Of a DNA stretch of 64,000 nucleotides, positions 30,400-37,830 are shown piece after piece. The number at the start of each line of letters is the position of its first letter. The first letter of the stretch is position 1. The translations under genes were made by a program, and so were the position numbers. The notes beneath the pieces were generated by a model. That model was not told where the DNA came from and did no database searches. It saw only the letters and a program-made list of their open reading frames with translations. The stretch comes from a virus, in the IMG/VR virus record IMGVR_UViG_3300000553_000012, positions 1 through 64,000 of that record. One strand, given 5' to 3'.

Positions 30400-30524
30400 G
30401 TATCTCAACGAAATGGTCGGGCTTATTTTGAGACGTTCGCCCGTATTTCGTCTGGTCCCGGTCGCTATCCGATCTCGCCTATAGCTACTCGTGGTATTTT
30501 AAGTCTCCACGACCGACGTCTCAA
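30400..30524 (-). ncRNA. Candidate structured, pseudoknotted RNA/ssDNA element downstream of gp32
   Basis: GC-rich intergenic island with five complementary helices, two of them crossing. Strand inferred from context. Confidence 0.55.
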
Positions 30525-31439
30525 TTATTCCGAAGCGAGCTTGCGAAAATATGCCATGTCATCGTCATCATCTTCAGTTTGCCAAGGAACGTCATCTTCC
30601 TCGACAACGGGAGACTTAGACCGAGATTCTCGCAATGGAATGGCCTCTGCGCGAGGAAGATCATCTTCATCTCGTCTATTGGCTGACTCTAGTCCTAATA
30701 CCGCATAAAGCTTCTTCTTTAGAGTATCATAATCCTTAAAATTCTTGACATCAAGAAACTCTTGAAGAGGATATTCAGACTTCCAAATCTTTTCTAGTTC
30801 ATCATCATCCTTTAATAAAGGACTCCTAGAATCAAATACGGACTTATCATAGTTTCGATAACCTTCAACATTTCGAATCTTAATCTTAAAGTTTGCGCCT
30901 TCCCAAAGATCAAATGGGTTTAAAGGATTTTCATCGGCAAATTGAGGATTCATTGCTTCATTAATCTTATCAAAAATCTTCTTACCATACTTAAAGATTT
31001 TTACCTTTCCTTCATTTTGAGGATTGGCTGGATCACTAATAACATAGATATTAGAAAAATAACTTAGCTTTCGCTTTTGATCTCTAGCCTGCTTACGCGC
31101 GGGAGAGTTATCATCTGTCGTAGAATTCCAAAGTTGTGAATTATATTCACTACAAGGATCTGGCTGATTAAGAGTTGTAAGTGAATTTTCAATATACCAA
31201 AGCCCTGTAGGACCCTTGAATCCATGATTCCATACTCGAACAAATGGCATATCTTCATTTGGAGGAGGCGGAAGGAATCTAATTACAGCATAACCATTTC
31301 CCGTCTTATCTACATCGGGATACCACATTCTTTCGTCTGTTGATGCTGGGGACTCATTGCTAGTGATCTTTTTAATTTGATCAGCAAGCTTATTTAGTTC
31401 ATTTGTACGATTGCGCTTTAATGTTGCAAAATCTACCAT
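30525..31439 (-). CDS. gp32: Single-stranded DNA-binding protein gp32
   Basis: D-R-W-P--DK-GNGYAVIRFLP, H-F-GP-G-WYIENSL-T, NPFDLW-GANFK-KIR, acidic tail. Confidence 0.97.
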   Translation of the reverse strand: MVDFATLKRNRTNELNKLADQIKKITSNESPASTDERMWYPDVDKTGNGYAVIRFLPPPPNEDMPFVRVWNHGFKGPTGLWYIENSLTTLNQPDPCSEYNSQLWNSTTDDNSPARKQARDQKRKLSYFSNIYVISDPANPQNEGKVKIFKYGKKIFDKINEAMNPQFADENPLNPFDLWEGANFKIKIRNVEGYRNYDKSVFDSRSPLLKDDDELEKIWKSEYPLQEFLDVKNFKDYDTLKKKLYAVLGLESANRRDEDDLPRAEAIPLRESRSKSPVVEEDDVPWQTEDDDDDMAYFRKLASE

Positions 31440-31491
31440 GTATTTTCTCCATATATTTGTGTGTATTGTCCTGTATAAGCGGACATATTAT

Positions 31492-32088
31492 TTATGCATT
31501 CTCATAGGATGCTTCAAAATGCTTTAAAGCAATTTTACGCATTTTAGAAATATCATAATCTAGAAATGAACGATACTTTTTAAAGATAATAAAAATATCT
31601 TTCCACAATGGATCGTCCTTCAATTTTTTATTCCATAGATCAAAATAATTTAAAAGATCATCTAATATAATGATGGTCTCTATTGATATCTTTTTTCTTA
31701 GAAATAACTTTAGCAGATGTGGATGCTGATTATTTTTAATATTAACATTATCGGAAATATTTGTCAATAGATTATTAAGGTCTTCTTGAAAATAATAACT
31801 AAGAGCTTGTCTTCTTTTATTCCATTCTATATATACTTTTTCGGTAGTAGAATTATTAATTAAATCACCTATCCAAATATTTGTTCCATTCTCTACAAAA
31901 TTAGCAATAAGAAAATCTTTTGGATTTTTATGTTTGGCTAATTTAGCAAAGAAAAACTTATCTTTACGAATCTCAAAGGCTTCTACATTAAGTTTCATTT
32001 TACCTTGATATTTTATGAAGTCATATTGTTCACGAGAAAAGTGTGCTTTGAGAGCAGAATATAATACATATGCTTCAAATGGAGTCAA
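31492..32088 (-). CDS. gp59: Helicase loader gp59
   Basis: FE-Y--Y-ALK-HF----YDF-KY-GK, RKDK-FF-KL, IS-ET; gp33-gp59-gp32 order. Confidence 0.92.
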   Translation of the reverse strand: MTPFEAYVLYSALKAHFSREQYDFIKYQGKMKLNVEAFEIRKDKFFFAKLAKHKNPKDFLIANFVENGTNIWIGDLINNSTTEKVYIEWNKRRQALSYYFQEDLNNLLTNISDNVNIKNNQHPHLLKLFLRKKISIETIIILDDLLNYFDLWNKKLKDDPLWKDIFIIFKKYRSFLDYDISKMRKIALKHFEASYENA

Positions 32089-32318
32089 ATTGGTAACCTT
32101 GAAACCTTTGGAATAAAATTTAAAACTTCTGCTTCAGATTGAACTTTTGATTTTAATTCGGCATTCATTTTAATTAATGATGCCGCAGTTTCAACTTCTA
32201 AATTATTTTTTTCACAATAAAGAATAACTGCATCAATATATTCAATATCATGTTTCCAAATCAATTCTTCAATTTCTGCCGCAAATTCTTTTGGCGATTT
32301 AATATTTAATTCTTTCAT
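32085..32318 (-). CDS. gp33: Late transcription coactivator gp33
   Basis: F--EIE-------YIDA---YCE-N--E-E--A-LI-----K-K---EA--LNF-----RLPI. Confidence 0.92.
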   Translation of the reverse strand: MKELNIKSPKEFAAEIEELIWKHDIEYIDAVILYCEKNNLEVETAASLIKMNAELKSKVQSEAEVLNFIPKVSRLPI

Positions 32319-32500
32319 TGTGTATTCTTTTTACAACAAAAAAGATCACATTGATTGGTAGATTTTACCTTATTACATATAGAGCAAATTTCTGACTCTA
32401 AAGCAACATGAAAATTATTTTTATATCGCCTGACGCCAAATCCATCATATTCCCAGTCACGTTTATCTGGATCGGGATGAAGTTCTGTATTGCTATGCAT
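32315..32500 (-). CDS. Small hypothetical protein with Cys-rich C-terminus
   Basis: Overlapping start/stop with neighbours; CxxC motif. Confidence 0.5.
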   Translation of the reverse strand: MHSNTELHPDPDKRDWEYDGFGVRRYKNNFHVALESEICSICNKVKSTNQCDLFCCKKNTQ

Positions 32501-32933
32501 CTGTTAATTCCTTAAGAATAAAATTGCCATTTTCTATAGTTATACCAATACGAGGATGATTTGCAGAACAACGAACATAATCTCGGCCACCATCAATCAT
32601 ATGACCATCCTTTTCAACATAATCATGCCGATAACGAGATACAAGCACTTCACCGTCTTCACAAAGAATCCCGGCAATAGGCTCTTCAAAACAAGATTCC
32701 GCGTTTGTGATCATGACAGAATTATTTTGAATAAACATTCCAAAATAATTTGAATGACCTTTAGAACGATCCGGATTTTCTACATAAAAAACATCCACAG
32801 GAGTTTCATTCCATCCTCCTGAAGGACGCTTAGTACACCAATATCCAACATATTTTGCATCATATTTGTCTTCAATAATTTTAATACCCTTTTCATCAAA
32901 GAAATATCCATGCGGATCAATTTTTACAAACAT
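32493..32933 (-). CDS. Conserved phage hypothetical protein
   Basis: SRYRHDYV...IDGGRDY motif; GGAG RBS. Confidence 0.7.
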   Translation of the reverse strand: MFVKIDPHGYFFDEKGIKIIEDKYDAKYVGYWCTKRPSGGWNETPVDVFYVENPDRSKGHSNYFGMFIQNNSVMITNAESCFEEPIAGILCEDGEVLVSRYRHDYVEKDGHMIDGGRDYVRCSANHPRIGITIENGNFILKELTDA

Positions 32934-33007
32934 TGATTTTATTCTACTCCAATTCCATAATTAAATGCAACCTGTTTGGATATAGGCCGGTTGCCCACCT
33001 ATTTTAA

Positions 33008-33232
33008 TTACCCGTTAGAAATAAAATTATTAAGACCAAGCGCCTTATTAATAATATCATGTTCTGTTGGATATCGAGGAAGTTTAGGCGCTTCTATAGA
33101 TGTATGATCTTGAACCACCGATATCTTATAACTCCATTCTTGTTCAATTAAACTTCTCTTTGAATGGTATTCTTCCATAAGAAGATCCTTGGCCATCTTA
33201 AGAAGTTCTAGTCTAATTAGATATGCATTCAT
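33008..33232 (-). CDS. Conserved phage hypothetical protein
   Basis: AY-IRLELLKMAKD-L...YPT--DII-KA--L--F; AGGA RBS. Confidence 0.75.
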   Translation of the reverse strand: MNAYLIRLELLKMAKDLLMEEYHSKRSLIEQEWSYKISVVQDHTSIEAPKLPRYPTEHDIINKALGLNNFISNG

Positions 33233-33261
33233 TTTTTTATTCCTGTGTTTGTGTGTGTTAA

Positions 33262-33556
33262 ATTGGGTCCGTTCTGGTGCTAGGTGGAACCCATACCCCG
33301 GAAAACTTACGCGGCTAAGCGGGTCTCCATAATACCATTATCGTTGGCATTTACACGTTTCTTGCGGTTAAGGTCGCTCGCTCACCTATTCTCCACGCTT
33401 CTACTCATCGGCAATCGATACTAGTCGCCCCCGTCATGACTACACATAGCTGATAACTTTTGTACCCTCAGCCGCTGGCGCTTTATATGTAGTCATGGTG
33501 GAGGCGGGGAGATTTGCACTCCCGTGTTACCAAACTTTTGTTACGCTTCAACGAAT
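33262..33556 (-). ncRNA. ssrA: Two-piece (circularly permuted) tmRNA, alphaproteobacterial type
   Basis: Minus strand: acceptor piece ending CGCCTCC-ACCA (3' end 33496); intervening hairpin; coding piece starting GGGGGCG (33432); tag frame 33348-33307 encodes ANDNGIMETRLAA*. Outer ends approximate. Confidence 0.92.
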
Positions 33557-33561
33557 ATTTT

Positions 33562-33569
33562 TATTTATA
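33562..33569 (-). promoter_or_regulatory. Late promoter TATAAATA upstream of tmRNA
   Basis: Exact consensus immediately 5' of the acceptor piece. Confidence 0.7.
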
Positions 33570-34100
33570 TTATTTTCTTTCGAAATGATAGATATTATAG
33601 TGATTAACTCTGTTTGAAAATTTATTTTTTTTCGAAATCGTTTCTGTTTTATGATTCCATCCTTTATCTCTCATAGATTTTTGAAAGTGCTTGTTGTCCA
33701 TAAGCCTATCATACATAGTTCCCAATCTTGGATCTGCTCCGGTAAAATGTATTTTATTAATACCATGTTTATCAACAAGATGATGTATAACATGCATCGA
33801 TTTACCAAATGCACCTATAGGCCCACCATGAGGCTGTCTTTTATCACTATATGACGATATATCGGTTGATGGGTCTTGGCTTGTTCCCATACCAACCTCT
33901 CCATCATTTGAGAGATAAACACAATGGTGTAAACCTTTATGCTTAAAGAAGGTATGATGAACACCCAATTCGGTCTTTGTTTCACCATTATCCATTTCAG
34001 CATTTGTGCCAAACTTTGTAGGAGTGTCAACGATTGATTCAGATAAACACCACTGATCAAAAGATAACAATATATTTTTATCTAAAAAAATGCTACTCAT
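33570..34100 (-). CDS. Hypothetical protein, putative internal head protein
   Basis: LLSFDQWCLSE resembles the T4 capsid-targeting sequence; CATAAATA upstream (34142-34149). Confidence 0.65.
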   Translation of the reverse strand: MSSIFLDKNILLSFDQWCLSESIVDTPTKFGTNAEMDNGETKTELGVHHTFFKHKGLHHCVYLSNDGEVGMGTSQDPSTDISSYSDKRQPHGGPIGAFGKSMHVIHHLVDKHGINKIHFTGADPRLGTMYDRLMDNKHFQKSMRDKGWNHKTETISKKNKFSNRVNHYNIYHFERK

Positions 34101-34116
34101 ATTTCATTTTCATATA

Positions 34117-34140
34117 AATTGCTGGGTCGACCCAGCAATT
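34117..34140. repeat. Perfect 24-bp palindrome AATTGCTGGGTCGACCCAGCAATT
   Basis: Self-reverse-complementary. Confidence 0.9.
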
Positions 34141-34146
34141 CTATTT

Positions 34147-34397
34147 ATGGCCCGCCCTATGCATCCGGATACCAGACACATTAATTTCTCGTCTGACCGA
34201 CGGGCAATCAGACAATATTCTATCTACTAACAATATATTCCACGATAGAATATGGAATATAAAGATTGTCGTTAAGCAGTTTGGGAATAACCCCTCATAG
34301 TGTGCATTCGACAATATCATTGGCTGCTGCTAACGCCATTTAACTCACTATCATCATCGCCGAGTTCAAAGCTACGGGCTGACTGTGTTGCACCATT
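34147..34397 (-). ncRNA. Candidate ~250-nt structured ncRNA with two pseudoknots
   Basis: No credible ORF; own sigma70 promoter; several stems whose G-U pairs work only on the minus strand. Confidence 0.65.
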
Positions 34398-34403
34398 AAT
34401 ATT

Positions 34404-34432
34404 AATATAAGCTTATTATGATTTATTGTCAA
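34404..34432 (-). promoter_or_regulatory. Sigma70-type promoter TTGACA-N17-TATATT
   Basis: -35 at 34432-34427, -10 at 34409-34404. Confidence 0.75.
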
Positions 34433-34604
34433 TATTTAAAATGCCATTTTTCCAATTTTCAGCAGCGGATTCTACATATTCAAGACTTTTCCTAGGAAAA
34501 TATACGGTATCAGTTACATTTTCGTTTTCAATTAAATCCATAGCCCATATAGAAAAATGGTCATCTTTATAATGAATTTGAAATATCCTAGTCGTTCTAG
34601 ACAT
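34416..34604 (-). CDS. Small hypothetical protein
   Basis: GGAG RBS; KS--YVE-AAENW motif seen in small T4-like ORFs. Confidence 0.7.
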   Translation of the reverse strand: MSRTTRIFQIHYKDDHFSIWAMDLIENENVTDTVYFPRKSLEYVESAAENWKNGILNIDNKS

Positions 34605-34689
34605 ATAATTTCTCCAATATATTGTCGGTCGCGATTAACATCCACCGACTCTAGCCACGGTTAGACCTGCGCCAGCTTTGTCGTATATA

Positions 34690-35664
34690 TTATGCCGCTT
34701 CAGCCATCTCTACAGCGAGATTGAGAGCTTGAACCTTCTTTGCTTGATTAGAACCAAACCAGGCACTAGTCATACGGGTATCAGCAGACCTACCAAGCAG
34801 GTGATCGGTAAGATACGTGACACCGTTATAGGCCTGCCACCAGCTACCCTCAGCATACTTAGCCCCCGGCTGAGTTTGAAGAACATCTATTGCTAGTTGT
34901 GCAGCCCGGCTGTTTGGCATATTTACGCGCTTAGACTCTTCCTTTTTATCGGAGGTCTTGGGAAAGACTCGGTTAAAATATTCGACAATGGTTTCATTGG
35001 TATATCGCTTAGAACCAAGATAAGCCGCCATCTCCTTGTACTTGACCAACTTTTCACTGGCGACACCCAAAGTTTCCTTTACCGCATCACCATCAAAGGC
35101 TCGGCGGTGATTAATCTTAACCATGCGCTGAGCAGTTGCACCAAGAGAAAGAGTTAGCGTATTGTTGCAAACCACTCGGATTGGAGTGAATCGCACATCA
35201 ATCGACTTACCAAATTGGTGAGGATTTGAAAAAAGAAGATAACCATCGACCTTATCACCACCAAAGAGTTCAAAAGAATCCTTGATCTTAGCCAGACCCC
35301 AAACATGGGTGCCACCCTTAAGTGATCCCGCCGTATGCATTTCCATATCACCTGCGGCCACAAAGTCATTGAAAAATTCAAAGGCTTCACGATTTTGACA
35401 TGGATTCCAACTATCCGTTACAATAGTTAGAACCGATCCGTCGGTTTCACGCACAAGCGCTTCGACTCCAGTGGCCACTTGGCGGCCCTTAAATTCGCCG
35501 TAAAGTGGAATCTTTTTAACTTCCCAATCGAGTCCAGCAGCTTCAAGCATTTGCTGAGGAGTCAAATCGGGAAGAACCTTTGTTCCTAAACCATGCCAAG
35601 GTACTTCACCCACGTAAGCATGTGAATAATCACCATTGGATAGTTGTTCAAGCATATGCGCCAT
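34690..35664 (-). CDS. DUF932-family protein (early gene)
   Basis: MAH...PWHGLG, AGLDW-V, QN-EAF-FF, TAGSL-GG, TPIRVVCNNTL, W-AYN-VT---DH. Confidence 0.9.
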   Translation of the reverse strand: MAHMLEQLSNGDYSHAYVGEVPWHGLGTKVLPDLTPQQMLEAAGLDWEVKKIPLYGEFKGRQVATGVEALVRETDGSVLTIVTDSWNPCQNREAFEFFNDFVAAGDMEMHTAGSLKGGTHVWGLAKIKDSFELFGGDKVDGYLLFSNPHQFGKSIDVRFTPIRVVCNNTLTLSLGATAQRMVKINHRRAFDGDAVKETLGVASEKLVKYKEMAAYLGSKRYTNETIVEYFNRVFPKTSDKKEESKRVNMPNSRAAQLAIDVLQTQPGAKYAEGSWWQAYNGVTYLTDHLLGRSADTRMTSAWFGSNQAKKVQALNLAVEMAEAA

Positions 35665-35706
35665 AATTTAGTCCTTTCAGTTGGTTGGTTTGTTTGATTA
35701 ATAAGA

Positions 35707-35736
35707 TTATAATATCATATTTTTATTTTATGTAAA
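35707..35736 (-). promoter_or_regulatory. Early-type promoter TTTACA...TGATATTATAAT
   Basis: Upstream of DUF932 gene, divergent from the OMP gene. Confidence 0.55.
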
Positions 35737-35759
35737 TATGTATTTTGAAAAAAATGCAA

Positions 35760-35798
35760 TTGACATAAAATTATTTTGTGATAAGATACATATAAATA
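35760..35798 (+). promoter_or_regulatory. Tandem sigma70-like (TTGACA-N16-TAAGAT with extended TG) and late (TATAAATA 35791-35798) promoters
   Basis: Motifs read directly upstream of the OMP gene leader. Confidence 0.6.
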
Positions 35799-35876
35799 AG
35801 AGATAGGGTTGCTACTTAATAAGCACGTGGTGAGTTACGGTTAGCTCATCTTCTTTCAACAACATGGAGTTATAAT

Positions 35877-36437
35877 ATGAAGTCACTATTTTTTAGTGTA
35901 GCCGCGGCGGCTATTTTAGTTGCAGCAACAGCATCGGTGGCCGGTACTCTTACTGGCGAAGTTCGCATTGGCGATATTGATGGTAATCCCGGATCGACAG
36001 AATATCGCGTCGATTATGGAGATACGTATCATAATGTAGTAATGTATGGCGGAGAAATCGCCGTAAAGCAAAACCAAAATGAAGGCGGTCTTAGTTCTAA
36101 GATTGTTGGTCGTGTCGGGCCAGTTCTTCCAGTAGTACTTGGCTTTGAACCAAAGGTCTATGGTGAATTTGGTGAATCTGTTTCTCAAGGTAATAATACC
36201 GAGTTTTGGGGTACATATGCTGGAGTAAGTCATCCGGTCTATGGTCCAGTTTCGGTAAACGTTGGATACCGACATCGTGAAGGCCTGCGACAAGATGTTT
36301 CTTTTAACGAAAATCGTCTAAGTACAGGTCTTACATATAATCTAGGTAAGAGCAACACTCTTGGTGTAGAGTATTATCGAACGAGTGGTACTACAACATC
36401 GGATGTCATTGGTATTTCCGCATCGCATAGTTTCTAA
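35877..36437 (+). CDS. Outer-membrane beta-barrel protein
   Basis: Signal peptide ending SVA; alternating amphipathic strands; C-terminal ...GISASHSF BAM signature. Confidence 0.8.
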   Translation: MKSLFFSVAAAAILVAATASVAGTLTGEVRIGDIDGNPGSTEYRVDYGDTYHNVVMYGGEIAVKQNQNEGGLSSKIVGRVGPVLPVVLGFEPKVYGEFGESVSQGNNTEFWGTYAGVSHPVYGPVSVNVGYRHREGLRQDVSFNENRLSTGLTYNLGKSNTLGVEYYRTSGTTTSDVIGISASHSF

Positions 36438-36457
36438 TACTTTTAATAGTTAAAGAT

Positions 36458-36489
36458 AAAGCCTCCGGAGAAATCTGGAGGCTTTTTTT
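36458..36489 (+). terminator. Rho-independent terminator
   Basis: AAAGCCTCCGGA-gaaa-TCTGGAGGCTTT followed by a T-run. Confidence 0.9.
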
Positions 36490-36491
36490 AT

Positions 36492-37037
36492 TTAAAAATT
36501 CAACGATATACCGGGGCCAATAAGATCATTTGAATGATGTGAAAACTCATGAGAATATGAAAAATATAATGATATTTTATTGTTGATTTTATATGTAAAA
36601 TCGGTTGAGCATTGAATTGCTTGCATATCATATTTTTTATTAAATGCATTTTGATATGTAATGTTTATATCAGCTTGTAATTTAGTTGTTATATTTTTTT
36701 GATATCCGACAACTGTATTATAAAACAATGTATTGTTTTGATTTAATTTAAAATTAGTAAAAGCATCGCCAATAACACCAGATACATAAAATTCTTTAGA
36801 AAGATTATATGTTCCCGAAACAGAAATTTGTTGATTTAAATTCAAACCAACTTCAGTACTAATATCTATACTAAATACTAATGGTATTTTTTTAAAATAA
36901 AGATTATCGATAAACGTATCGATATAAAGATTTTTTTCTCCACCGTAATTATTTTTATATTCTAATGATTGTGTCAATGTCCCGGCATTGACAAATGAAC
37001 CATATAATACGGCTAAAATAAAAAAAAACTTATACAC
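36492..37037 (-). CDS. Second outer-membrane beta-barrel-like protein
   Basis: GTG start after CAGGAG; signal ending VNA-GTLT (mature start as in 35877); C-terminal ...GISLNF. Confidence 0.7.
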   Translation of the reverse strand: MYKFFFILAVLYGSFVNAGTLTQSLEYKNNYGGEKNLYIDTFIDNLYFKKIPLVFSIDISTEVGLNLNQQISVSGTYNLSKEFYVSGVIGDAFTNFKLNQNNTLFYNTVVGYQKNITTKLQADINITYQNAFNKKYDMQAIQCSTDFTYKINNKISLYFSYSHEFSHHSNDLIGPGISLNF

Positions 37038-37039
37038 GA

Positions 37040-37480
37040 CTACTCCTGTATTGAAAATAATGATACAGTTTTATTTTTCTTTCTATACCAACGTGAAAGA
37101 ATATTATCGTTATAATATTCTTCACTATTCAATACATCGCGTATAACTTGTTCTTTCATTTCATAATAATTTACATCGCCTCTGGAAACATGAAGAGAAA
37201 GGATCGTTCGGCTAAACGATCCTTTTCCATATAATTCTACGTCTTCTTTGAGAGACTTTGAACTTCCATAATATTTTTTCCAGTCGGAAAATTTACGAAT
37301 AACTTTTCTTCTAGTTTTACCTTTTTGAACTACTCTGTTAGTAGAATAGAAGAATTTTTTTCCGATATATTTTTTATTTGTAATTTTATTTTGTATAATA
37401 TATACAAAACCAAAAGAATTGCCGATATGCTCTTCTCTAAAAGGTGTTCCGTTCCAAAGCCAGGGATTTTCATAATCCAC
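37040..37480 (-). CDS. GIY-YIG family endonuclease
   Basis: GFVYIIQN-----KYIGKK...SDW--YYGSS...F-R-IL...YYN. Confidence 0.85.
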   Translation of the reverse strand: MDYENPWLWNGTPFREEHIGNSFGFVYIIQNKITNKKYIGKKFFYSTNRVVQKGKTRRKVIRKFSDWKKYYGSSKSLKEDVELYGKGSFSRTILSLHVSRGDVNYYEMKEQVIRDVLNSEEYYNDNILSRWYRKKNKTVSLFSIQE

Positions 37481-37635
37481 TAATCTTCTTCATCTTCTTC
37501 ATCTTCCTCATAATCTTCTTCTTTTAAATCGAGTTCTGATCCACAAAATGGACAATATTCTGGAGTAGTTTCTCCTACTAAAGCTAGAATTTTAAATTCT
37601 TCATCGCATACAGTACATGTAATCCAATCACTCAT
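37480..37635 (-). CDS. Small zinc-ribbon protein with acidic tail
   Basis: MSDWITCTVCDEEF...PEYCPFCGSELD...; AAGGAG RBS; not in ORF track. Confidence 0.8.
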   Translation of the reverse strand: MSDWITCTVCDEEFKILALVGETTPEYCPFCGSELDLKEEDYEEDEEDEED

Positions 37636-37724
37636 TTTAGCTCCTTTTGTTTATAAATTTAGAATAATCTTTTTCATCTTTATATGGCGTCAAGTCTAAA
37701 TTTGGTGGAGAATACTTCAAATTT

Positions 37725-37829
37725 TCATGACCCAAATTTTTTATATTATATTAAATCAGAAACAAAAGAAGCATTTTCTATTTCAATAAGTCTAAAATAA
37801 TCTGCTTCAGTTGCTTTACGAATATTTAT
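37725..37829 (-). pseudogene. Remnant of a GNAT acetyltransferase gene
   Basis: Reads INIRKATEADYFRLIEIENASFVSDLI*YKKFGS*: RimI-like N-terminus plus YKKxG motif, middle missing. Confidence 0.5.
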
Positions 37830-37830
37830 A

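Noticed and set aside
33496-33530. Stand-alone tRNA gene
   Set aside because: The T-arm and CCA belong to the acceptor piece of the permuted tmRNA; no separate tRNA recognised.
34262-34320. Hammerhead-like core (CTATGA-stem-AAAC) in the candidate ncRNA
   Set aside because: Lacks the invariant G residues of CUGANGA and GAAA and a proper three-stem junction.
34147-34396. Short ORFs MARPMHPD... (+) and MVQHSQPV... (-)
   Set aside because: Under 30 aa with no clear RBS; RNA structure explains the region better.
37040-37480. Mobile homing endonuclease
   Set aside because: Only the catalytic GIY-YIG domain with no long DNA-binding tail; looks like the conserved small nuclease found after nrdB.
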